A DNA stretch of 64,000 nt from Lingula anatina (Eukaryota > Animalia > Brachiopoda). A program made the position numbers and the translations under genes. Below the pieces are notes generated by a model. That model was not told the origin of the DNA. It was given only the letters and a program-made list of their open reading frames with translations, and did not search any database. The stretch spans positions 2,294,001 to 2,358,000 of the forward strand of contig CM120647.1 in the NCBI GenBank assembly GCA_051362555.1, in the 5' to 3' direction. Shown in pieces: positions 46,101 to 58,900 of this stretch. Each line of letters opens with the position of its first letter. Positions within the stretch are counted from its first letter, which is position 1.

Positions 46101-46212
46101 ATTCTCAAACAAAAATACGGTACTTTTTGTAGTTCACCTTTAACAAAGTAATTTTAATGCAAAAAGTATTTTGCTGAAATGATGGATGAAAACAAAAATG
46201 CTAGTTATCAAA

Positions 46213-46246
<34 letters not shown>
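46213..46246. repeat. (TAT)n microsatellite
   Basis: Directly visible. Confidence 0.95.
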
Positions 46247-46247
<1 letters not shown>

Positions 46248-48254
46248 GATTTTTAGGTAGAGTACTGCGCGAGCACTATTGATTTTCTAGTTGAAGGTAA
46301 AAATTGTCTGTGGGCAAATCTTCAGTTAGCCACTCAGCTGTACATTTGAAGATATTTTAAATATTTATTTTGAATTAAATTGAATTGAATTGAATTCTGA
46401 GATTCCGATAAGAAAAATATCTCAACTTCATTACATGAAACTTTTGAGAGACAAACGGTTTCATACAGTGACCGTTAAGTTTGAGAAAAGAACAAGTTGT
46501 TAATTTAAAATAAGTTACAAACACTGTTCTTTCAAGTTATATTGCTTTGGAAATTATAGCGTTATGAAAATGATAAAATTTGTCCACGTGATTGCAGAAT
46601 TGCCCATGTATAAGAAACGATCCTTTTTTAAATTGCGGACATACGTTTGTGACACATGTTAAGAATGAACTTACTTTGGTTTCGGTGTTTTGATATTTTG
46701 TCTGATCAGTGACAGATACACATGTACTGTGCTGGGAGGGGTCTAAAACAATGTTAACAAAATGAAACCAGGAGAGAAATAGGGATTTTCACGAAATTAC
46801 TGTGCGTTCGTTTTCGCAGTAGGGGAATACATGTTACCAACGTGATAAAAATTGCCTCTTCTTAGGGCCACCCAAATTTATCAGCATTGCATGAGCTCCT
46901 TTGTGTGTTGTTCGACTTTTTGCCAATATCGCAAAGCAGAAATGTAAGTGCTCTCCTGAAAAACTTCTTTGTTCATATGCATAAAAATATCTATCTAGGA
47001 CTGGCATTTATCATTACCTTTACATTTTTAATTTCGAAAATTCATCATGCAATTCAAATTGATTGCTTCAGCCGTCTCAAAAAGTTGGGGAGGGGGGGTT
47101 AAAGTAACTTTGTTCGAAGTGCTTTATTGATTGATATTTCTTTAGCCGAGAGGTGATTGAGAGGAAAAGGTCTTATTAGATGCCAGCCCAGCACGTCTTG
47201 GGGTACTTCTGCCAATTGTTTTCATGATCACTGAACACCGGAGACCAGAGTAAGGGTATTAGCATTTATGAATTAATGAATCTTAAGTCACCATTTATTT
47301 ATTTATTTATTTTTTGCGTAATCTTTTCAGCTTTGCTTGCATATTTTTCTTGAATTGCTTCGACTAGAATAAGCTTGGAAATTAACCATGTCTTTATGCC
47401 GTTCCTGATTCGCATGCTGTGCAAATTTAAGTTTTCGCTCAAAGTCGTGCCATTAACCTACCAATATTAGGATGTAATGAAATGAAAACAAAATAATGTA
47501 AAACACTCGATTCTTAAAAATGACTATTTTTGTCTACCTTTTTCTGTGCGAGAATCAGCACGACGGCTTAGAACAAGGTGTGCGTGAGTGCGAGTGCACG
47601 TGAGGGGAAGACACTTATATGTATTTTGGAATTTCGATATCATTCACACCACTGAAATTGGACACTCTGCTCCTCAATGAAATTAGTAATCAATTATTAA
47701 CGCTAACTTTTAACGAAATTTGACAAGTACGATATAATTTCAATTTATCTACCAGTCCTGGTCAATTTTTTATATGAATTTTGATTTGGTAAGAATTATG
47801 TCGAAATTCTCTTTTATATAAATAAATAGAATTTGTTGTTTGAGCGGCAATTTCCAAAGTGCATAAAATCCTTCATATGTGTTAGTTAGTCTACTATCTG
47901 GTAGACTTCTTGTATTTTTTTTGTAAAAGCATAATTTATAGATTTTTTTTTTAGAAATTAGATGCTATTATAATGATAGTTGTCAACGTAGAAAAACGTA
48001 ATTTCACTTATTTTGTTTTGTATAAAGCTTTGTTGAATATACTTGGAATTTGTTGAAACAATAAATAATGAAAATAATGTACAGATATTTGTATGTTGAA
48101 TTCCCTTTCATTTTTCACCTTCTGTTCCCTTTAGCTCTATTCGAACTCTCGTTCTCCAGTGCACAAGTCTGTAGTCTTACCTATAGAGCCTCTTGTATTA
48201 GTTTACCTTGCTTATTTGAATTTTTTTGCAAAAGGTAATTTGCTGGGACCCAGA

Positions 48255-48325
48255 AGCGCCAGGTTTCGAACTTGGGACTTTTTGACTCAGAGGCAAGCGC
48301 GTTACCTACTCCTCTAACTGTTCCC
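48255..48325 (-). pseudogene. tRNA-derived sequence (SINE head or tRNA pseudogene)
   Basis: Minus strand: A-box-like TAGAGGAGTAGG, anticodon-arm-like TTGCCTCTGAGTCAA and B-box GTTCGAAACC at tRNA spacing. The acceptor stem is not intact. Confidence 0.55.
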
Positions 48326-49298
48326 ACCCACCCTCCCCGGGAAGACTTTCCTCTTATAGTAACCAAAGGGAAATTTCTGTAAAGCCCCTTGAAAAGTATT
48401 CAATGATTTCCAAGTACCCGAACCAGGAAACGAACCCAAACCCGAGGGGTACCACTGAGTCAATGAAATTATTGTAGTAACCTAAGTAAACTTCTAATAA
48501 AAATCCCAATACATTAAAGAAATTTTAGAAATTTAAGCCAAGGTCGAAGCCCAACCCCAGGCTGCCGCTGAGCAATGCACCCGTCAAAGAAACAACTAAG
48601 ACATTTTGTATATTTGGAAAGTCTTTATTCAGTGCCAAACAACTACGTATTTATTATATTTAAGCATTTTAGTGTAAAACTACCAAGTTTAAGAACACTT
48701 AAATCACTACTTAATCACTTTGAATATCTGTAAGACATGCATATAAGACAAAAGTTATATCTCAAAGGCGTAACATATACAACAAATATATTACATTTCA
48801 CCAATAAACGGTCAACTTAACTACTCGTTCATGGTTTGGTGTTATCAATATCTACAAGCATTAAAAAAAATCCAGATCAAATTTGAGAAATTGGCAGTAA
48901 TTAAAAGGATATATAAAGCAGTTCATCAATTATCACACAAAATGTGTGCGTCACCGACTAATAAGATCAATAACTTGTGACTATTTCTATATTTACATGA
49001 TTTATTATTACTATAGCATAAAACATGGAAAAAGGGAACATATCATGAAATTACTGTCAGAAAAATATATCAGCAAATCGTTGTAACTTCCAAATGATCT
49101 TTCAAAACACTCACTTTTGTCTTATGAAAAAAATGACGATCTCGACGATCAAAAGTTTCCATATTTGTGCATACTTTATTCGCACGACAACGTAACGCCA
49201 AGTCACCACTCGTTACCTTGCTGGTACTTTCGCCCTAAAAAGTTCGGAAACATTGTTATTTTGAATAGTTACAAAATAACCATTATTAGTTTTTAGGC

Positions 49299-49348
49299 AA
49301 ATATTTTAACGGTAAATATTTTTACGGTAAATATTTTAACGAAATATT
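49299..49348. repeat. 15-bp minisatellite, ~3 copies
   Basis: AAATATTTT(A/T)ACGGT repeated. Confidence 0.8.
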
Positions 49349-51964
49349 GTTGGATAATGAACCCACCATTTGTTTATCTTTATTTCCACAGATTTTCCCA
49401 ACAAATTACTTTTTTTTTTTTTATTATTATTATTGAAAAACAATTTCACGTTTCCGAACTTTCTTGGTGGCGTGTATCATAACCAACAATCTCCCAGGGC
49501 CGCTGAATTCATGTGCACTTTTCTCTGACGCATGCAGGGCAGAAAATTCCCATCATTTAACTAGAAACATATCTTTGAAAACGTGTATCTAGTGAAAAAT
49601 CAATCTGTGGCCCTGGGAGAGGGTAATCATTATTGCAGTACCATTTAACAAAGGCCACGACGGCAAACTTGAAAGTCTTACGAGAATAGAGCACGTTGAA
49701 AGGCATAAGGGACAGATATCTTTACTGAAATAAACCAAACCTGTATCTGACGACCACGCAGTCTTAAACATGTCATGTTTCTAGTTGTTTTATTTTAAAG
49801 ATATCAACAGAACGATTAACATTTGTTTGAAACAGTATTTTGCGCTATCAGTTCGCCCCCTATGCCTTGTAGGGTTTACATTGTTGGCCAGTGAAGCCAC
49901 AATATTTAAAGCTCCCATCACACAAAAATCTGTACAGTGTAGCTATAATTCAACTTATATATTCAACGGACTGAAATAGTACAACTGGACTAGTGAAATC
50001 GTGCCGAAATTAGAAATGGAAGTGTAATACTTATACAGCATACCTACTGTCTGTTATGCTCTTTTTATTTCGACCTCCAACCGCTTACTACAAATATTTA
50101 CATGTCAGTAAATAGGAATTTAAATGGGAGATTCCACAGCATTTCCCCTTTTTTGTCTGCTTCTAGTAAATATACTCCTGGTACGTCTTCAACTAACGAT
50201 ACTTTTTCTACTAACGAAGTCCTAAATAGTTTTCATTTCCATAGGACGTGATAAGGTGAAGTTATGGAGGAAGCAAAATGTTGTGGAGGAAACACTGGGG
50301 AATAGCCAAACCATTTTTATACATGCACGCGTCACAGTACATTTTATAAAATGAATTACAAATAAGTGAACATTAAATCCCTAACATTTATACATTAAAA
50401 CGTTATACTGAATAGGCTGAAACGTAAATATTCGTATACTTAGTTTCCAGACCGCCTCGCATCCACTCCCTGATCACGTAAGGTGTAACATCTCTTCCCA
50501 GAGAGTAGGTTCAATTTGCTTTATGGGGGAGGGGCTAAAGCTTTTCTGTCCAACCCTCACTCTTATCTGACAAGCAAAACTTGATTAACAATTTACTAAA
50601 ATCAAAATGCATATATATAGCGCATTTGTGTTAAATATATTTCAAAAAGAAACCAGAAGAAAACACCCAAAATGAAATAATATTATGTAGGTCAATGGCG
50701 ATTCTAAAATGGTCCACTGCTTTTATCTGAACAGTTTTCGCCATGTTTGACAATCTGGGCAGTACTATAACGCCACCTGGAGGAAAATATGATCGTCTCT
50801 GTTGCAATCAGTACCTGTCACATTATGATATCAACATACTACATGTAGCTGAATATGACATTTACGTCTTTGTATGTCCACACATGAATCTACAGTGTAT
50901 GCTCAGGTGTATATAACGTGCTTTTCCCGTCACGCCGGTTTATTTGGACTTCTTAAGGAGGACGATAAACACACTATACACCATTGATGAGGCAGAAAAG
51001 CTGTCATGTGAACATACAGATATATAACACATGGTAGAAACACTGACATGAAAACAGTCTACTGTCGCTGTACTGGGGGTAAATTAAGGAAGCCATTTAA
51101 AATGGAAGTGCACAAAATGTTTGATACCGTATAATGTTTATGTTTTGTTACCCAATGCTTCACAGCAACATGATAACCTGTTTTCAATAAAGAAATACAT
51201 GTGTTGTAGATATTAAAATAATGTAGTAAACACAGGCCCATGTAAATACTTATTAAATCACAATTAAAATATGCCAAACTGTGTATAGTGAAAGTGGGGA
51301 AAATTTAAACGTTAAACCTACATCTGTGTTTCAGTCTAAGAGAAAGAGCACATTAATAATGACTGAGGTAAGCTTATCTGTTGACTGTGTGTAATTGAAG
51401 TGAATTTTTGAGAAGTGAAAACTAGACTTAAAAGACTGGCAAAATCCATGGATAAAAACAGTTAAACATTAATAATAATGACATATCAAGTCCAATGTTT
51501 GTGACATTTGTACAACTGAAGCTTAACAACTGTATAAATCTGAGACAAGCTTATCAGTTGATTGTCTATGATGAAAAAAATTTTTTTGGACAATATATTG
51601 CAGAAAACTGAAAATTGCATAAAAAAAACTGGCAAATTCCATGGCTTAAAAACGTTAAACGTTAATAATTTTGACAAATCTAGTCCCATATTTTTGATAC
51701 TTGTACAAACGCTGCTCAACAATAATAAAAATGTGATAAGCTCATCAGTTCACTGTGTAATTAACTGATGAATGTGTAATTGACTGTGTATTTTTTAACA
51801 ATATATATTTCAGAAGAGTGCCAACTGCATTTAAAAAACTGCTATATTCCCCAGATTAAAATAGTTAAATGTTATTAACCCTGTGAGATGTACTCTCATG
51901 TTTGTGAAACTTGTACAACTGTAGCTTAGCAACTGAAATAATCTAAGATAAGCTGATCAGTTAA

Positions 51965-52301
51965 AGGGATAATAACTCTTCGTATGAGATCTATATTTCA
52001 CAATAAAAACATTGTGAATAACTCATAGAAATATAATATATTCTGTTTTACCACAAAAACAGCAGTTATAGCTATTATTCTGATATCTGAGCTTGTCTTT
52101 AGACCACATGAGCTCCATTGATGGCTATACTTTGTTGTAATCTCTTAAGAGATTTTAACAAAAAACCAAACTTTTTAGAAAAAAACCAGGGACTAACTTT
52201 GAATGTAAAAATGGATTCATTAACCATTGGTAAGTATGGGAAAATTGTTGCTTACTTCAGGAAAATTCATTTTTTGACCAAAACGAAGAGTTATTATCCC
52301 T
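51965..52301. mobile_element. Kolobok-like MITE (TTAA target-site duplication)
   Basis: TTAA|AGGGATAATAACTCTTCGT ... ACGAAGAGTTATTATCCCT|TTAA: perfect 19-bp TIR with purine-purine termini, inserted in a satellite monomer. Confidence 0.88.
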
Positions 52302-52462
52302 TTAACTGTATGTTATGAAAGTAATTTTTAGGACAACATATTTAAAAAAAACTGATAATTACTTTGAAAAAAAAACTGGAAAATTCCATGGATAAAAATA
52401 GTTTAAAGTTAATGATTTTGACAAATCTAGTCCAAAGTTTGTGAAATGTATACCACTTACGC

Positions 52463-52517
<55 letters not shown>

Positions 52518-52560
52518 TGAGGTGTTTTTTCTTTCACAGTTCATTTAAAAAAGGTAAAAA

Positions 52561-53225
52561 CTACAGGATCAGAGAGTTGATACCGCCTCCGGGTATTATG
52601 CCACCAGCTGGAGTAAGCGAATTCTTATAGAAACAAAAAAGAGAGTCCACCTCCAGTGTTTTGCTTGACAAACTTAATGCATTAAACAAGAGTTCTCAAT
52701 TTTTTAAAGAATATTTCAATTTATAACAAAATTGTGGGGAGAAGTAAAAATTCAAATCCAAGGTTGCAGTAGGGATGAGAATATAGAACTTCCTATCCAA
52801 GTTCAATTGTATATATATATATATCAGAGCTTGAAAATTTGGAAAGTGCGATTCATGGCTAAAAAAAAAAACAGACACCATCCCTAGTCTTGTGCTTGAC
52901 ATGCTCTATAAAATGCACTAAACAAGAGGTTTCTAGCATTTATGGTTCCAGGATTAGAGTTTTCAGTTTAGAAATCTAATGGACGCTTCTCCAGATGCAC
53001 CAATTGACCTCAAACTCACAAAGATGAAAGATGACCCTAAGGGTAATACCTGCCCATAATATTAATACAAAAGTTAGATACAGGGGCTCTTGTAGTTTAA
53101 GAGGACAAGCAGTAAAGGTGACGTGGCAGCAGAGCTGACGGAACCAACGGTGCTAGTGGAGCCACCGGACAATACCAGTCGGGACTAAAACCATAGGTAC
53201 CGGCAGCACTGTGCTAGAGGTATAA
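52561..53225 (-). mobile_element. Helentron-like non-autonomous element, short copy without an internal array
   Basis: Its ends match 56301-58900: CTA.AGGATCAGAGAG..GATACCGCCTCCG and CGGGACTAAAACCAT..GTACCG.CAGC. The internal ATGCACC.ATTGACC.CAAA.TCAC..AGATGAAAGATGA is also shared. Confidence 0.78.
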
Positions 53226-53271
53226 TAAGACTTAAAATGTAACAAATTACCATCACAAATCTAGTTAAACA

Positions 53272-53958
53272 TTAAAGCAATAATAACTCTTCCTTTGAGA
53301 TTCAAAATTCCGCAAAAAACAAATTGTAAACAACGCATGAAAATATATTGCACTTTACCACTAAAATGGCTGTTATTGTAGTAAAACTGAAATCTGTGCT
53401 TGTCAATTGGGCTTGCGACGCCTTTCTTCCCGGTTGTCAAGGCATCCATTGCCAATGACGTTAGGGTGTCACATAATTTCTCACGTTCATTCAAGACCAG
53501 AACAACAAATGGATGCATAAGAAAGCAGATGCATGATGCAATCCTCATACATAAGTTGCGAGTTTTTGTACAGTGCTTTGAATAAGGAAAAGTCCAGAAC
53601 TGCACACATTGTAGATAAAAATGCATTTTGAGCAATAAGACGAATATATCTTATGAATCTTATATTATTGTTATATAGTGTTGTTGCTGTCTGCTTTTCC
53701 TGCGGTTTTAAGTAGGTCACCAGAAAATCTTGCTCGATATCCCACGACTATGCAATGTCAGAGAAGGCTCCGTCTTCGAAGTTTGGTTTTTTGTTAAAAT
53801 CTCTTAAGACATTTTAACAAAAAATCCAAACTTTTAGGAAAAAAACCCTGGACTAACTTTGAATGCAGGAATGGGGTTGTTTACCATTGATAAGTATGGG
53901 AAAATTGCCCTTTACTCCAGGAAAATCCAAATTTTGGCCAAAACGAAGAGTTATTATG
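53272..53958. mobile_element. Longer, diverged copy of the Kolobok-like element
   Basis: Left end TTAAAGCAATAATAACTCTTCCTTTGAGAT. The right ~170 bp aligns to 52135-52297 and ends AAAACGAAGAGTTATTAT. Confidence 0.72.
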
Positions 53959-54138
53959 ACTAATAATTTTGTCAATTCTATTCAATTTCTTTTAAATTTT
54001 GAAAAAATGAAACTTAACAACTGCAGATATCTGTGATAAGCTTATCAGTTGACTGTGTGTAACAGAAGTGTAGCTTATTGGCAACTTGTATGAGAAGGGT
54101 GAGAATTATTGAAAACAAATATTTTAATAATGCAATAT

Positions 54139-54236
54139 CCCAGCAGACAAACGACATTGATTCACCGTTGAATCAACATTAATTTTGGTGGATCAACGTT
54201 GAATCAACTTAGAATCAATGTCCTTTGCCTGCTGGG
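54139..54236. mobile_element. 98-bp palindromic CMC/EnSpm-like MITE
   Basis: AT|CCCAGCAGACAAACGACATTGATTC ... GAATCAATGTCCTTTGCCTGCTGGG|AT; CCCAG termini and a 2-bp TSD. Confidence 0.8.
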
Positions 54237-56300
54237 ATATCATTCAGTCTCTTATGAAACATCAAACATGATAAGTTGTTTGCTTGTGTAAAGGTGGCAA
54301 ATTGTCCAAAATTGAGATCTAGAATACAACATTTACCCATTCCTTTCTACTGATACAAGATGGAGGTTCCTCCTTACAAAGGTTTTCTGGAATCAGGTTC
54401 AGCACACCATTTCACAATCACTGAATGTCGTAAGTTTTGCCACATACCATCTATTGTACACATGGATGATAAGCTTATCAGTTGACTGTGTGTATTAGAA
54501 GTGTAGTTTATTGGCAAATTGTATGAGAAGAGTGAGAATTACCGAAAACATTTTTTTCAATTTCACAACATAAAATTAGCCTCACATTTAACATCAAATG
54601 TTATGATTTGAGTTTGTTTGTGTAAGAGGTGACAAATGACCCATAATTGTCCTCTGAATAAAAATATATACCCATTCAAGACTTCTCCTTACTACCAATA
54701 CCAGATGCAGATTCCTCCTTACAATTGGTTTCTAGAATTGGGTTTAGCACACCATTTGACAATGTCCTAAAGCTTGCCACATACCATTTATTGTACACAT
54801 GGATGAGAAAAACCATTGCTCTTGCTGTTGTCTTTCACTGCCTGTTTTTTCTACAGGAATTAGCCATGACCAGACAGGAAGAATCAGTTCATCAAAAAAC
54901 CTACCACATTGTATGGAAAAGGTCACCTGGAAAAAGAACAATATATTTGAAAAAAGTGAAAATTAGATGTTAAAAATTGACAAATTTCACAGACTAAAAT
55001 ATGTAAAACTTTAATAACTTTGGTAAAGTTAAGCTTAACAGTTGACTGTGTCTAATAAAAAGGATATTTTTGGAACTGAATTAACACTGAAAAGATTGCC
55101 AAAGTCCATGACTTCAAATAGTTAAACGTTAATTATTTTGACAAATCAAGTCCAATATTTGTGAAATTTGTACCAATCATGCAAAACATCAATAAAAATC
55201 TGTGAAAAGCAAATCAGTTGACAATGTCCAATGAAAAAAGATTTTTTCAGAACATATAAATTTGAGAAAACTGAAAATGACATTGAAAACACTGACAATG
55301 CTATGCCTTAAAATTGTAAAATGTTACTAATTTTTACAAATCTAGTCCAATATTTGCTATTTGGATAGATGACGCATAACAACAATAAAAATCTGTGAAA
55401 AGCTCATCAGTTGACTGTGTCTCATGAGCATATAAATTTGAGAAAACTGAAAATTACATGGAGATGTCTGCCAAATTCGGTGCCTTAATATAGTTTAACG
55501 TTAATGATTTTGACAAATCTAGTCCAATATCTGTGAAATTTGGAGAGATGATGCATAACAACAATAAAAATCTGTGAAAACCTCATCAGTTGACTGTTTC
55601 TAGTGAAAAAGATTTTTTCGACAATATAATTGAGAAAACTGAATGTTACATTGAAAAGACCATGACTTCAAATAGTTAAATGTTAATAATTTTGACATAT
55701 CTAGTCCAATATTTGTGAAATTTGTACAAACATCATTTGACAATGTCCTAAAGCTTGCCACATACCATCTATTCTACACATGGATGAGACAGACCATTGC
55801 TCTTGCTTTTGTCTTTCACTGCCTGTTTTTTCTACAGGAATTAGCCACGACCAGACAGGAAGAATCAGTTCATCAAAAAACCCACCACGCTGTATGGAAA
55901 AGGTCACCTGGAAAAAGAACAATATATTTGAAAAAATTGAAAATTAAATTTTAAAAATTGACAAATTTCACAGACTAAAATAGTTAAACATTAATAACTT
56001 TGGTAAAGTTAAGCTTAACAGGTGACTGTGTCTAATAAAGGATATTTTTGGAACTGAAAATAACACTGAAAAGACTGCAAAAGTCCATGACTTCAAATAG
56101 TTAAACATTAATAATTTTGACAAATCAAGTCCAATATTGGTAAAAGTTGTACAAATCGTGCTTAAAATCAATAAAAATCTGATTAGATCATCAATTGACT
56201 GGGTCCAATGAAAAATTTTTTAGGACAATAAATTTGAGAAAACTAAAAATTACATTGAGAAGTCTCCCAAATTTGGTGCCTTAATATAGTTAAACATTAA

Positions 56301-58900
56301 CTAGAGGATCAGAGAGGCGATACCGCCTCCGAAAATTGTACCAAAAGCCGGGGTAAGCGCGATCGTATAGACCCACACACACACAAAAAAGGGACACCAC
56401 CACAATTCTTGTGCTTGACAAGCTATAAAAAATGCAATCAACAAGAATTCTCAAAATATGCAAAAAAATATATATAACTAAAAATGGTACAATCAAAGTT
56501 CAGTTCAAAGTAAGGTAGGTCAAAGGTCAATTTCAAGGTCACAGTAAATTTCCAGTATATGACTTCCTATTCAAGTTCAATAGCAACTATGGACCTATCT
56601 CTGCCAGTTTTGGAGATAAAAGGGAACCAAAATTTGTAAACTTCAATTCATGATAAAAAGTAGGTCAAACGTAAATTTCAAGGTCACAGAAAATTTCCAG
56701 TATCTGACTTCCTATTTTAATTCAATAGTAACTATAGACCTATCTCTGCTAGTTTTGGAAATAAAGGGAACCAAAATTTGCAAAGTTAAGTTCATGGTTA
56801 AAAGTAGGTCAAAGGTCAATTTAAGGTCACAGAAAATTGCCTGTAATTACTTCATATTCAAGTTCAATAGTAACTGTGGACCTATCTCTGCCAGTTTTGG
56901 AGATAAAAGGGAACGGAAATTTGCAAAGTTCAAACCATTATGAAAAGTAGGTCAAAGGTCAATTTCAAGGTCACATTTATATTGCCAGTATATGACTTCC
57001 TATTCAAGTTCAATAGTAACTATGGACCTATCTCTGCCAGTTTTGGAGATAAAAGGGAACCAAAATTTGCAAAGTTCAATTCATGATGTAAAGTAGGTCA
57101 AAGGTCAATTTCAAGGTCAAACTTAGATTGCCTCGTATGACTTTCTATTCAAATTCAATAGTAACTATGGGCGTATCTCTGCCAGTTTTGAAAATAAAAG
57201 CATTAAAAAGTTGCAAAGTCCAGTTTATGGTGTAAAGTAGGTCAAAGGTCAATTTCAAGGTCACATTTATATTGCCAGTATATGACTTCCTATTCAAGTT
57301 CAATAGTAACTATGGACCTATCTCTGCCAGTTTTGGAAATAAAAGGGAACCAAAATTTGTAAACTTCATATCATGATGAAAAGTAGGTCAAAAGTAAATT
57401 TCAAGGTCACAGTAAATTGCCTCGTATGACTTTCTATTCAAATTCAATAGTAACTATGGGCGTATCTCTGCCAGTTTTGAAAATAAAAGCATTAAAAAGT
57501 TGCAAAGTTCAGTTCATGGTTAAAAGTAGGTCAAAGGTCAATTTCAAGGTCACAGTAAATTGCCTCGTATGACTTTCTATTCAAATTCAATAGTAACTAT
57601 GGGCGCATCTCTGCCAGTTTTGAAAATAAAAGCATTAAAATGTTGCAAAGTTCATTTTATGGTGTAAAGTAGGTCAAAGGTCAATTTCAAGGTCACATTT
57701 AGATTGCCAGTATATGACGTCCTATTCAAGTTCAACAGTAACTATGGACCTATCTCTGCCAGTTTTGGAGATAAAAGGGAACCAAATTTTGCAAAGTTCA
57801 ATTCATGATGAAAAGTAGGTCAAAGGTCAATTTCAAGGTTACATTTAGATTGCCAGTATATGACTTCCTATTCAAGTTCAATAGTAACCATAGACCTAAC
57901 TCTGCCAGTTTTGGAGATAAAAGGGAACCAAAATTTGCAAAGTTCAATTCATGATGAAAAGTAGGTCAAAGGTCAATTTCAAGGTCACATTTAGATTGCC
58001 AGTATATGACTTCCTATTCAAGTTCAATAGTAACCATAGACCTATCTCTGCCAGTTTTGGAGATATAAGGGACTAAATGTTATAATTTTGATGTTACAAT
58101 AATGTGCCATAAATTTCGTACAGAAAAAATTAATTAAAATAAAGAACAGGTCATTTTGGTCAAAATTCTTGAAATGGGAGGTGCTCTGAAGTGCCAGATG
58201 TTCAAATTTGATGAAATAATGTCAAAAAAACGGAGACCACTTCCAGTGTTGGGCTTTACATGCTCTACAGAATGCAAAAAAGAATGGGTCTCTAGCATAA
58301 ACAGTTCCCGAAAAAGAGACGGTTTTCAGTTTCGGTATCTTATGGCCGCTACTCCCGTGAAAATGCACCGATTGACCCCAAATTCACGGAGATGAAAGAT
58401 GAGCTAACGGGTAACACTTTCCAATAATATTATTGGTTAAGTTTGTGTGGTGTCTGAATAACAGGGTAAATAATTTTTTTTTCGTAAAAAAATTTTTTTT
58501 TGAAAATTTTGGCCCGTTTGACCTTGAAATAAAGGTCAAAGGTCAAATCCAAGGGCATATTTGAAATCTACACATATGACTTTAGGAAAGCCGTCTGTAG
58601 AAATTTTTCCCATAATTCCTTCCGTAGGGTAGATAATTAGCATTTTATTTTGCCATTTTTAGACAAGGGTGCATTGCAATGAGTGCCACACCCAGACCCC
58701 AATACCGACAAAGCCCAAATTTTACGTGGAACGAGTTGAGATTATAGGTGACCTAAATCCAAGAGATGGGTACGGAGGCCCTTACCGTCTAGGAGGAGAA
58801 GCGGTAACAGTAGCCATCCGGCGGAGCCAGCGGAGCCGGCAGAACGATCCGGACGGGACTAAAACCATGTGTACCGCCAGCGCTAACGCTGGTGGTACAA
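56301..58900 (-). mobile_element. Helentron/HINE-like non-autonomous element (2.6 kb) with an internal tandem array
   Basis: It splits the satellite consensus CATTAA|TAATTTTGA with no TSD. One end is the hairpin TGTACCGCCAGCG-CTAA-CGCTGGTGGTACA. The other has a subterminal IR (TTGTACCAAAAGC), a hairpin GAGGCG-ATAC-CGCCTC and a CTAG terminus. Confidence 0.82.
56515..58070. repeat. 11 x 143-146-bp tandem repeat inside the Helentron-like element
   Basis: GTAGGTCAAA landmark at 56515, 56660, 56804, 56947, 57093, 57237, 57383, 57526, 57669, 57815 and 57961. Confidence 0.95.

Noticed and set aside
48255-48325. Functional tRNA-Gln(CTG)
   Set aside because: The acceptor and anticodon stems do not pair properly, so it is kept only as a tRNA-derived relic.
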